From NCBI RefSeq assembly GCF_001194135.2, contig NC_068989.1:92802048-92851538 (forward strand): a DNA stretch of 49,491 nucleotides, in the 5' to 3' direction. This stretch comes from Octopus bimaculoides (taxonomy: Eukaryota). Below the pieces are notes generated by a model. That model was not told the origin of the DNA. It made no database searches and saw nothing but the letters and a program-made list of their open reading frames with translations. The translations under genes were made by a program, and so were the position numbers. Positions 11,994-22,770 of the stretch are shown piece after piece (positions within the stretch are counted from its first letter, which is position 1; every line of letters starts with the position of its first letter).

Positions 11994-12651
11994 NNNNNNN
12001 NNNNNNNNNNNNNNNNNNNNNNNNNNNNNNNNNNNNNNNNNNNNNNNNNNNNNNNNNNNNNNNNNNNNNNNNNNNNNNNNNNNNNNNNNNNNNNNNNNNN
12101 NNNNNNNNNNNNNNNNNNNNNNNNNNNNNNNNNNNNNNNNNNNNNNNNNNNNNNNNNNNNNNNNNNNNNNNNNNNNNNNNNNNNNNNNNNNNNNNNNNNN
12201 NNNNNNNNNNNNNNNNNNNNNNNNNNNNNNNNNNNNNNNNNNNNNNNNNNNNNNNNNNNNNNNNNNNNNNNNNNNNNNNNNNNNNNNNNNNNNNNNNNNN
12301 NNNNNNNNNNNNNNNNNNNNNNNNNNNNNNNNNNNNNNNNNNNNNNNNNNNNNNNNNNNNNNNNNNNNNNNNNNNNNNNNNNNNNNNNNNNNNNNNNNNN
12401 NNNNNNNNNNNNNNNNNNNNNNNNNNNNNNNNNNNNNNNNNNNNNNNNNNNNNNNNNNNNNNNNNNNNNNNNNNNNNNNNNNNNNNNNNNNNNNNNNNNN
12501 NNNNNNNNNNNNNNNNNNNNNNNNNNNNNNNNNNNNNNNNNNNNNNNNNNNNNNNNNNNNNNNNNNNNNNNNNNNNNNNNNNNNNNNNNNNNNNNNNNNN
12601 NNNNNNNNNNNNNNNNNNNNNNNNNNNNNNNNNNNNNNNNNNNNNNNNNNN
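11994..12651. other. Assembly gap (N run)
   Basis: Other long gaps at about 15810-16771, 20148-20736, 25369-25600, 32694-33295, 33818-34169, 36794-37158, 38276-38808, 44601-44730 and 48211-48770; most are flanked by microsatellites. Confidence 1.
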
Positions 12652-12696
<45 letters not shown>

Positions 12697-13060
12697 AAGG
12701 GACTGAGTGACTTAGAAACGGGAGCTGCTTATGCATGAGCTAAAATTATGAGTAAAGACAAATACGAATGCATCATACCACAAACATAATTGCAGAAACA
12801 CATGCACGTAAATGCATTCACCCATGTGTATACGGGGGGGAGGATGAAGGGGAGAGAGAGAGAGATGACGGAGAAGAGGAGGAGGTGGGGATGAAAGGAA
12901 ACGTGTTTGGGAGAGAAAGAACGGCTCTGGAATAGAGAATGGTATCAGTTCCCAATCCGCATTCACTTATGCTTATGTGAGCGTGTGTGGGCGTGTATGT
13001 TTGTATGCTTATGTGAGCGTGTGTGGGCGCGTATGTGTGTGTGTGTGTGTNNNNNNNNNN

Positions 13061-13112
<52 letters not shown>

Positions 13113-13371
13113 TGCGTGTGTGTGTGTGCGCCACTGGGGATTTCGGATTTGAGAATAAGTATTTTGATTTGATTAATTGTTTTCGTCCTCAGATAGACAG
13201 ACATGCAGACAGACAGAGAGGGACAGGCAGGAAAACTAGATAAAGATTAATGGAAGTATATAGACCACTGACATGATGACAATGATGATGATGATTGTTA
13301 TTGGTTTGAGCTCAGCGTCAGCCCTAATCTTACAAAGCTATGATGAAAACCGTTCCGACCATGGAGTGTAG

Positions 13372-13499
13372 CAATCACATGGTTTTCTGTTCAGTCTTAA
13401 TGTATGATACCTTGGGCAAGTATTTTCTACTCTGGCTCCGAGCCAACTAATGATTTTGAATGAATTTAGTAGACGGAAACTGTACGGAAATCCGTCGTA

Positions 13500-13538
<39 letters not shown>

Positions 13539-13767
13539 TTGTGTATATGTTTATCATTGAGTCTGTACTTGTTTCCTACCACCGTTTGACAACCGTATTG
13601 TTTCTTTTTACGTCCTCAAAACTTAATGATTCTGCAAAAGAGCCCAATATAATAAACACGAAACTTTAAAAAGTAAGTACTGAGGTTTCCGATCAGTTCG
13701 GTTAAACCATATCAAGCTGGTGCCCCAGCATGACCACAGTTCAATGCCTGCAACTGGTAAAAGACTC
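13372..13767 (+). mobile_element. SINE family A, degenerate
   Basis: ccttgggcaagtattttctact, gtagacggaaactg, ttgacaaccg, gctggtgccccagcatgaccacag. Confidence 0.75.
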
Positions 13768-14580
13768 AATCTAATAAATATCTCGTCTGACGAAACTCTC
13801 TCTTGGAAAATACAGGTACAGATTCACCTAACGCCTTTCATTGTTTCTTTTCATCTAATTTCACTCAGGAAGCTTGGTTCAACTCCAGGCTATGGAAAAC
13901 ATACGGTGAAGGTATGGCGGAATGTAATCAACCCACGTTGATCGCGAAACTAATTTCTTAAAAGCACAGCAAGGCGCCCAAACATATTAACACAATGAAA
14001 TATATACAAATACCTGGAGGGGCATCAACGTGTTTATATATGTATATATTTATTTATTTAATTATTTTCCTATTTATTGGACTTTCAGTGTTCCTTTTAT
14101 TTAGCCAGCTGATTATTGGAAAGATTAGCAGAGTTTATCTGCACAAATTCGATGATTAACTCCATAGCTACGGGAAGAATTTGTATACCTGGCAGATGAG
14201 TCAACCAATGTCGTTGTGAGTTACGTCGACGGAGACTTGGATTACTACCCACCAGTTGTGATATGAAACCCCTGCAAGGCTTTGCTGGCCTTATACATAT
14301 ACATGTATATCTGTTGGAAGTCAACTCGTGACCGGGAAAATGTTTCGAGAGTCCAAGAAGTTTCTGTGCTTGAATTTGTTCTGAACGGATAAAATTTTGT
14401 CCCAGCAGTGAAACCATTTTTCAGCGCAATCAGTCATAACATCAGTGGCACAATAGACGTTGAGACAACCAGATACTATCTGCACTCAAAATTATTTTCT
14501 ACTAGAAGGAAGTTCTGACGCAAACTAGAGGTCCTTCGCTTCCATAGGTTCATATGCTAGTTAAACCTTTCTGGAGTTCA

Positions 14581-14735
14581 TTATTTACATTATTTACATT
14601 ATTTACATTTGACGGGTATTTGTCCTCATCTTGTTTGTTGTTAACACAACATTTCGGCTGATATACCCTCCAGCCTTCATCAGGTGTCTTGGGGAAATTT
14701 CGAACCTGGGTTCTCAGTCCTAAGGTATTTTTCGA

Positions 14736-14799
<64 letters not shown>

Positions 14800-14885
14800 G
14801 TTATTAGTCAGGTCACTGCCTGGAATCGAACTCGGAATCTTGGGATTAGTAGCTCTCACTTTTAACCAATACGTTGTATGTCCGT
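14581..14885 (-). mobile_element. Family D copy 2 (most complete)
   Basis: Reverse complement: tRNA-like head, about 22 AAT units, catcgaaaaataccttaggactgagaacccaggttcgaaatttccccaa, HHR, tail ending in a 9-bp unit x3 (tatttacat on +). Confidence 0.9.
14643..14688 (-). ncRNA. Type I hammerhead motif in family D copy 2
   Basis: gacac-CTGATGA-a-GGCTG(gagggtatat)CAGCC-GAAA-T-GTT-gtgtt. Core intact, perfect 5-bp stem II, 5-bp stem I. Confidence 0.85.
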
Positions 14886-15150
14886 GTATGGCGTAGTGGT
14901 TAAGAGCGCGGGCTACTAACCCCAAGATTTCGAGTTCGATTCCAGGCAGTGACCTGATCGATAATAATAATAATAACATCGAAAAATATTATTAACGAGA
15001 ACCCAGGTTCGAAATTTCCCCAAAACACCTAATGATGGCTGGAGGGTGTATCAGCTGAAACGTTGTGTTAACAAGAAATAAGATGAGGGCAAATATCCGT
15101 CAAATATAAATAATGTACATAATTCCTCATCTCTTAAATATAGAACTGTA
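14882..15150 (+). mobile_element. Family D copy 3, head-to-head with copy 2
   Basis: tggcgtagtggttaagagcgcgggctactaaccccaagatttcgagttcgattccaggcagtgacc, short (AAT)n, HHR, tail. Confidence 0.9.
15024..15069 (+). ncRNA. Type I hammerhead motif in family D copy 3 (G5 to A lesion)
   Basis: aacac-CTAATGA-t-ggctg(gagggtgtat)cagct-GAAA-C-GTT-gtgtt. Confidence 0.7.
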
Positions 15151-15762
15151 CTTTCTGTAGTTGTGGTAATTGTTGAATATATAAACAGATTGGCTGATTG
15201 TTTCTCTGGGATATGTCAAATTGCTGTAAACGCCTCTGATGAGAATCCAATACGATCCGAAAATCTATTAAGGTTGTTCAACCTTTTTTTCACTTTATAG
15301 ACAGATAAATTAGCCCTATATATATAGGTATTATACCCGTTATACACACACACGCACGCACTCACACACACACACATATATATACACACATACGTATATA
15401 ATGATTTCACCAAGGCAGCGTTACAACTCGATATACAGATGATTTAGAGCAAAACGTCAGGCGATTATGGAGTGGAACATTACTTAATGAATGACAGGGG
15501 AACAGGAATCACATAATCATTTTAATGGAACCGAAGGGGCAATAAGACGTTGCACTAACACGCAGTTTTGAGTCCATTGCTTCTTATAGCAGAGACATCT
15601 GTAAGCTTATGAAGGTGATTAGTGGCTCCTGTTCGCTTCTCCTTAATTAATTTACTAATTAATATTTACATATATGCGTGTGTGTGTGTATGTGTGCATT
15701 ACTTCACATAGTTGCACATTACATCTACATGTGTGCAAATCCCCCTCTCTTCTCTCTCCCCT

Positions 15763-15809
<47 letters not shown>

Positions 15810-16847
15810 NNNNNNNNNNNNNNNNNNNNNNNNNNNNNNNNNNNNNNNNNNNNNNNNNNNNNNNNNNNNNNNNNNNNNNNNNNNNNNNNNNNNNNNNNNN
15901 NNNNNNNNNNNNNNNNNNNNNNNNNNNNNNNNNNNNNNNNNNNNNNNNNNNNNNNNNNNNNNNNNNNNNNNNNNNNNNNNNNNNNNNNNNNNNNNNNNNN
16001 NNNNNNNNNNNNNNNNNNNNNNNNNNNNNNNNNNNNNNNNNNNNNNNNNNNNNNNNNNNNNNNNNNNNNNNNNNNNNNNNNNNNNNNNNNNNNNNNNNNN
16101 NNNNNNNNNNNNNNNNNNNNNNNNNNNNNNNNNNNNNNNNNNNNNNNNNNNNNNNNNNNNNNNNNNNNNNNNNNNNNNNNNNNNNNNNNNNNNNNNNNNN
16201 NNNNNNNNNNNNNNNNNNNNNNNNNNNNNNNNNNNNNNNNNNNNNNNNNNNNNNNNNNNNNNNNNNNNNNNNNNNNNNNNNNNNNNNNNNNNNNNNNNNN
16301 NNNNNNNNNNNNNNNNNNNNNNNNNNNNNNNNNNNNNNNNNNNNNNNNNNNNNNNNNNNNNNNNNNNNNNNNNNNNNNNNNNNNNNNNNNNNNNNNNNNN
16401 NNNNNNNNNNNNNNNNNNNNNNNNNNNNNNNNNNNNNNNNNNNNNNNNNNNNNNNNNNNNNNNNNNNNNNNNNNNNNNNNNNNNNNNNNNNNNNNNNNNN
16501 NNNNNNNNNNNNNNNNNNNNNNNNNNNNNNNNNNNNNNNNNNNNNNNNNNNNNNNNNNNNNNNNNNNNNNNNNNNNNNNNNNNNNNNNNNNNNNNNNNNN
16601 NNNNNNNNNNNNNNNNNNNNNNNNNNNNNNNNNNNNNNNNNNNNNNNNNNNNNNNNNNNNNNNNNNNNNNNNNNNNNNNNNNNNNNNNNNNNNNNNNNNN
16701 NNNNNNNNNNNNNNNNNNNNNNNNNNNNNNNNNNNNNNNNNNNNNNNNNNNNNNNNNNNNNNNNNNNNNNNCAGAAAACAGAAGATGAAGACAAGTGAGA
16801 GAACAACAAACAGGTGTATTAGTTTGGTGCTCGGGAAGAATGGAAAA

Positions 16848-16887
16848 CTCTTTGACGTTTCGAGCCGACGCTCTTCAACAGAAAGGG
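16848..16887 (-). ncRNA. Hammerhead variant motif (family F), core CUGUUGA
   Basis: cccttt-CTGTTGA-a-GAGC(gtcg)GCTC-GAAA-C-GTC-aaagag, within a repeat at about 16772-16950 shared with 20040-20147 and 17393-17470. Confidence 0.65.
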
Positions 16888-17197
16888 ATGAGAGGTAAAA
16901 AAGTGGAGAGATAAAACGAAGAGAAAAAATGTGTAGGGATTAACGGTTTATATATATATAAACACATACATGCACACATTCATACATACATACCTACATA
17001 CATACATTCTAAGAAGGTCAATTTTAGCTTAAATGATACCAGAATTATAGTTATATCGTATTTTAAAGCAATCTCTACTATCGTGTACCCTCAGGTTTTG
17101 TGAGCCCTTTCCTAGAATATACTTTAAGTACGACTATCTAATAGCAGAACCCTCAATTCGCTTCACCACCCCCTCGCATGGCTAAAACCTTGAACAA

Positions 17198-17280
17198 AAC
17201 TGCATAGGAACGTGTAGTTTTGATGAATATATACTGTGACTAACCAACCAAATGCGCATCAAAGAACATTAGAAACAAGT
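17198..17280 (+). mobile_element. Possible decayed GIY-YIG endonuclease remnant (PLE)
   Basis: Frame from 17198: NCIGTCSFDEYIL*LTNQMRIKEH*KQ, resembling CxxCxxxYIGxTxxxxxxRIKEH; short and contains stops. Confidence 0.3.
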
Positions 17281-17392
17281 GTCAGATTGGAATCTGATGG
17301 GAATTTAATGAGAATAATACTACAATTAACAGATTTTGAAGATGAAATAATTCTTCATTCTTCTTTATGATGCCTTGATTATTTATATATAT

Positions 17393-17470
17393 GCGTAGGC
17401 TCGAAACGAAAAAGACTTTCTCACTCCCCGAGCGTTAAAATAATACATCTTTTGTTGTTTGCACACAGAC
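17393..17470 (+). mobile_element. Family F repeat, partial, plus strand
   Basis: gcgtaggctcGAAACgaaaaagactttctcactccccgagcgtt matches the 3' half of the family F HHR and its flank. Confidence 0.7.
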
Positions 17471-17489
17471 TGAAAAAAATTAAGGAACA

Positions 17490-17532
17490 ACCTTAATCGG
17501 TTTTCGAACCTTATTGAGTTCTCCTCAGAGGC
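17490..17532 (-). ncRNA. Minimal type I hammerhead motif, core intact
   Basis: gcct-CTGAGGA-GAAC(tcaataag)GTTC-GAAA-a-ccga-t-TA-aggt; stem III AACCGATT is one change from a palindrome. Confidence 0.6.
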
Positions 17533-17590
17533 GTCCATTTCATTCTGACAGTCTCCAGAGAAACACACACACACACACACACACACAGAG

Positions 17591-17632
<42 letters not shown>

Positions 17633-17677
17633 TTGTATACATACCTACATGCATACATACATACATACATACATACA

Positions 17678-17708
<31 letters not shown>

Positions 17709-18836
17709 GTACATACATGTACACACGTATATCCTATCTCAGTGGACTGAACCTGTTCTTTTCTGATGCTGTTAAGAAAACTTTCATGTAGTTGTTAGTC
17801 GTCCAAAAAACCAACCTTCATCGCCATTAACAAAGCCTTTGCATTTGTTTGTTGATATTCCAGCTCACACAGCTATATGTAAGCGTGGGTTCAAGCTTTT
17901 CCCCTTAGAATTTTTCCTGGCCTTTAGTGATAGCTGTTATAGTCCTAGTTTTATAAGCAGACTGGATAGGCAGATCTGGAGGAACTAAGCAACAGCTCTT
18001 AGCAGCTCTTTAGTATTGCAGAGGCGTATAGTGGCGAGATAATAACAACACCTCAATAGATAATGGGAAGACAAAAATTGTATGTATATATATATGTATG
18101 CCTCTGTATGCTTGTATACGTTTTGTGGTTGTGTGTGTTTCTGTAAATTTACGACACTTTTTAAATGTGTACTTGTATGTGTGTGGGTGTGGGTGTGAGT
18201 TTGAATACGACTCTGCCTCTCTTTATCTATCTGTCTCTCTCCCACACACTCTTTCTCTCTGTCTCTCTCGCTCTCTTTCTCTCTATATATATATTGACAT
18301 ACGCATACACACGCACATATATATAATATTTTATGTACTTCGTATGTGTACATGTGAATGTATAACATGCACACACACACCTACAGATGCACCCGCATGT
18401 TTAAAAAGCACACAGATATCGATAAGTAGGTAGACAGTGAGAGACCGATAAATAAATAACATAGATATTACATGATATTTTTTTTCTTCTTCAAGTGGTC
18501 GTCTAGTTGTGGAGTGCCTTTAAGCCATCGTCTCTATAAAAGCACTTATCGACTCGAGGGTTGATAAAAAAGTAAAAATAAATTTTAAAAAAAAAACAGA
18601 TAAGGTCAAGGAAATAAAACAAGAGACATACAATAAATAAACAATGAAAAAAGGCCAGGACAATCAATTAACTACCTCTTTCAAGTGATGATAACGTTAC
18701 AGACAAGAGATGCAAGAACACTTTTACCTCCACTGTTTAGTTATTAATAAGCGAATATGATAGCAACAACAGTGTCAACAACAAAAGCAAGAAAAGGAGT
18801 AGAAACAGCAACAGCATTGTATTAATTGATTAACGA

Positions 18837-19700
18837 AGGCGCAGAGCTGGCAGAAACGTTAGCACGCCGGGCGAAATGCTTAGCGGTATTTTGTCTGCCG
18901 TTACGTTCTGAGTTCAAATTCCGCAAAAGTCGACTTTGCCTTTCATCCTTTCAATGTCAATAAATTAAGTACCAGTTACGCACTGAGGTCGATGTAATGG
19001 ACTTAATCCCTTTGTCCTTGTTTGTCCTCTCTATGTTTAGCCCCTTGTGAGCAATAAAGAAATAAGAAACATTAACACAGCGGGCGAAATACTTTGAGGT
19101 ATGTCGTCTTCCGCTACGTTCTGAGTTCAAATTCAGCCGCGGTCGACTTTGCGTTTCATCTTCTCTGGGTCAATAAATTAAGTATCAGTGAAACACTGGG
19201 GTCAATATAATCAACTTAATGTTCTCCCTCAAAATTTCAGGGCCTTGCGCCTTCAGTAGAAAGGATTATATTATTAATTGGTTGATAAAGGGCGGCGAGC
19301 TGGCAGAAATGTTAGCACACCGGGCGAAAAGTTTTGCGGTATGTCGTCCCGCTACGTTCTGAGTTCAAATTCCGCCGAGGTCGACTTTGCCTTTCATCCT
19401 TTCGGAGTTGATTAAATAAGTACCAGTTACGTAGTGAGGTCGATGTAATCGACTTAATCCCCTCCCTAAAGCTGCCTTTGTGGCAAAAATTTGAAATCAT
19501 TATTTATGGATTCACAAAATCGGTAGAATATCATACAAAATGCCTTGTTGTTATATTAAATCACCCTTTTACTCTCTTACTCTTTGCAATCTTAGTTCAA
19601 ATTCCGCCAAGGTTAACTTTGCCTTTCATTATTTCGAGGTGTTGATAAAATAAAGTGCCAGTTAATTTGTGGGGTCAATGGTAATCGCTAAATCCCTCTC
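18837..19700 (+). mobile_element. Cluster of four family B SINE copies or fragments
   Basis: About 18837-19065, 19066-19268, 19289-19501 and 19590-19700; each has gttcaaattc...gtcgactttgc (gttaactttgc in the last). Confidence 0.9.
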
Positions 19701-19937
19701 TGTCTGTTTGTGTGCGGATGCGAGTTCGTGAATGTCTGTATGTTCTGGTTTTATTTTACAATTGTTTCACTGAAAGAAAGAGCTGGTTTCTCACCTAGAA
19801 ATTCTCTCATCGTAGCGTACGCAATGCCAACTGAGTTTACGCCTGTCTATCTGTCTGTCTGCATGCATGAATTTACACACGTTTGTATTCAAGTATGGAT
19901 GGAATTTCTTGCGTACATCTGTATGTTTCTCGTATGC

Positions 19938-19989
<52 letters not shown>

Positions 19990-20077
19990 GAGAATATACA
20001 GAAAATAACAACAGACGAGGACAGGTGGTGTAAATAACAAAAGTATATATTAGTATGACGCTCGGGAATACGGAAAG

Positions 20078-20114
20078 TCTTTGACGTTTCGAGCTACGCT
20101 CTTCAACAGAAAGA
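20078..20114 (-). ncRNA. Hammerhead variant motif (family F), core CUGUUGA
   Basis: tcttt-CTGTTGA-a-GAGC(gta)GCTC-GAAA-C-GTC-aaaga; 5-bp stem I, 4-bp stem II, GUC triplet. Confidence 0.7.
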
Positions 20115-20806
20115 ATACGGAGACAAGGAGAAAAACACGGAGAAAAANNNNNNNNNNNNNNNNNNNNNNNNNNNNNNNNNNNNNNNNNNNNNNNNNNNNN
20201 NNNNNNNNNNNNNNNNNNNNNNNNNNNNNNNNNNNNNNNNNNNNNNNNNNNNNNNNNNNNNNNNNNNNNNNNNNNNNNNNNNNNNNNNNNNNNNNNNNNN
20301 NNNNNNNNNNNNNNNNNNNNNNNNNNNNNNNNNNNNNNNNNNNNNNNNNNNNNNNNNNNNNNNNNNNNNNNNNNNNNNNNNNNNNNNNNNNNNNNNNNNN
20401 NNNNNNNNNNNNNNNNNNNNNNNNNNNNNNNNNNNNNNNNNNNNNNNNNNNNNNNNNNNNNNNNNNNNNNNNNNNNNNNNNNNNNNNNNNNNNNNNNNNN
20501 NNNNNNNNNNNNNNNNNNNNNNNNNNNNNNNNNNNNNNNNNNNNNNNNNNNNNNNNNNNNNNNNNNNNNNNNNNNNNNNNNNNNNNNNNNNNNNNNNNNN
20601 NNNNNNNNNNNNNNNNNNNNNNNNNNNNNNNNNNNNNNNNNNNNNNNNNNNNNNNNNNNNNNNNNNNNNNNNNNNNNNNNNNNNNNNNNNNNNNNNNNNN
20701 NNNNNNNNNNNNNNNNNNNNNNNNNNNNNNNNNNNAGGTTCGAATTTGACGCAAGTATCCAACAGATTTTTACGTTGTAGCTCTTGTTGTTGTTGTTGTT
20801 GTTGCT

Positions 20807-21360
20807 AAGGCGGTGCGCTGGCAGAAACGTTAGCACGCTGGGCGAAATGCTTAGCGGTACTTCGTCTGTCTTTACGTTCAGAGTTCAAATTCTGCCGAGG
20901 TCGACTTTGCCTTTCATCCTTTCGGGGTCAAAAAATTAAGTACCAGTTGCGTACTGAGATCGATGTACTCGACTGCCCCCTCCCCTTCCCCCCAAATTTC
21001 GGGCCTTGAGTCTAGAGTAGAAAAGAATCGTTAGTAAAGCATCTTATCCGTCTTTATGTTCCGAGTTCAAATTCCGCCGGGGTCGACTTTACCTTTCGTC
21101 CTTTCGGGGTTGATAAAATAAATACCAGTCATATACTGGAGTGGATGTAATCGACTTCCCCCAATATTTCAGGCTTTGTACCAATAGAAGAAAGGATTAT
21201 TGTTGATGCATCACGTTCTGAGTTCAAATCCAACCGAACTCAATTTTGCTTTTCTTCCTTACACTATCGATAAAATAAAGTACCAGTTACGTACTTGGGT
21301 CGATGAAATTGACTTGTCATTCCTTCCAAAATTTCTGGCCTTGTGACAAAATTAGAAAAC
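20807..21360 (+). mobile_element. Three tandem family B SINE copies or fragments
   Basis: About 20807-21026, 21050-21196 and 21212-21360. Confidence 0.85.
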
Positions 21361-21708
21361 GTTCTAACTATTATTTAGGCGTTAGTCATTCCTGCTCAAA
21401 ACCATTCTTGTTCTACTCAAGATATATGCCTCGGTCAAAGACATTCCAACTATGACCAATCCGTCCTTTTTCATTTACTGGCAACCTATTCATTGTGTTC
21501 TTTGCTTCAAGACCGTAGTACGTGATTTGAAGGCAACTTGGCTGCTATTTTCTTCCAGGGTATCTATGTACAAACATCTCGTTGCTGTTGTTTAGCCCCA
21601 GGTCAGCTCTAATCGAGCAAACCTGTGATGAAAGGTAATCCAGTCGTGACCATCCTGTCTTAAACGCTTACCGCCTTAATTTGATGACAATATAGCTGCT
21701 GATTATAA

Positions 21709-21938
21709 GGGTGGCGAGGTGGCCGAATCGTTAGCACGCCAGATGAAATGCTTAACGATATTTCGTCTGCAATCAATTTCAAATTCCGCCGAGGTCGACT
21801 TTGCCTTTCATCCTTTCGGAGTCGATTAAATAAGTACCAGTTACGCACTGGGGTCGATGTAATCGACTTGATCGCTTTGTCTGTCCATGTTTGTCCCCCA
21901 CTGTGTTTCGCCCCCTGTAGGCATTAAAGAAATAAATA
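21709..21938 (+). mobile_element. Family B SINE with alternative 3' tail
   Basis: Tail ...tgtttgtcccccactgtgtttcgccccctgtaggcattaaagaaataa is shared with 18837-19065. Confidence 0.85.
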
Positions 21939-22012
21939 CAGCTGCTGGTTTTATCCGTCGAGTGTTTATTTTGAAGCACCTTGCTTCTTATAAGGAGGAA
22001 TAGAGTCTAACA

Positions 22013-22320
22013 AAGGATTTGGTAACCGTTTTTTTTTTTTTTTACCTATGAGCCCATTTGATTTTTATTTCGCAGGGATGGCCACTCCTAGCCATTCGAT
22101 GTTTTAAAAAAGACCTACTATATTTTTATAAGCAAATATTCAGGAGTTGTATACAAAAAAATTACTAAAATATTTTGTGTGTTATAGAAGTTTAACGAAT
22201 TTATTATGGATAAATTGAAACAACAAAATCTGATATGCCCCCTCCCGCCAAGAATCATATGGACCCCTAACACTCATATGGTCTCCCAAGGCTCAGGTGG
22301 ACCCCAGTTGAGAACCGCTT
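22013..22320 (+). mobile_element. hAT MITE with 8-bp TSD
   Basis: gtctaaca at 22005-22012 and 22321-22328; right end agttgagaaccgctt; left TIR degenerate. Confidence 0.75.
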
Positions 22321-22397
22321 GTCTAACACTTCGAGTTGGCTATTTCGTCAATGAAGAACTCTGCATATAAAAGTCAAATATTTTAGATGTGGCCCAT

Positions 22398-22770
22398 AGG
22401 CACAGGAGTGGCTGTGTGGTAAGGAACTTGCTTACCAACCACATGGTTCCGGGTTCAGTCTCACTGCAAGGCACCTTGGGCAAGTGTCTTCTACTATAGC
22501 CTCGGTCCGACTATAATCTTGTGAGTGGATTTGGTAGACGGAAACTGAAGCTCGTCGTACATGCGTGTGTCTGTGCTTGTGCCCTACAACATCGCTTGAC
22601 AACCGTGCTGGTGTGTTTGCGTTCGCGTAAATTAGCGGTTCGGCAAAAGAGAACGATAAAATAAGCACCAGGCTTACAAAGAATAATTCCTGGGGTTGAT
22701 TTGTTCCACTAAAGGCGGTGCTCCAGCATGACGACAGTCAAATGACTGAAACAAATAAAAGAATAAAAGA
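22398..22770 (+). mobile_element. SINE family A, full length
   Basis: aggcacaggagtggctgtgtggtaag through gactgaaacaaataaaagaataaaaga. Confidence 0.92.

Noticed and set aside
11656-12738. Long ORFs across N runs (also at 15.7, 20.1, 25.2, 32.6, 33.8, 36.6, 38.2, 44.5 and 48.2 kb)
   Set aside because: Artefacts of gaps and flanking microsatellites.
13787-13835. CTGACGA...GAAA as a hammerhead
   Set aside because: Neither stem I nor stem II pairs.
14097-14417. 106-aa ORF in non-repetitive sequence
   Set aside because: No recognisable motif or splice signals; may be an unidentified TE remnant.
14890-14956. Functional tRNA gene (also 3412-3480)
   Set aside because: A and B boxes and an anticodon-like loop are present, but there is no proper acceptor stem, and it is always fused to (AAT)n and the same tail; treated as a SINE head.
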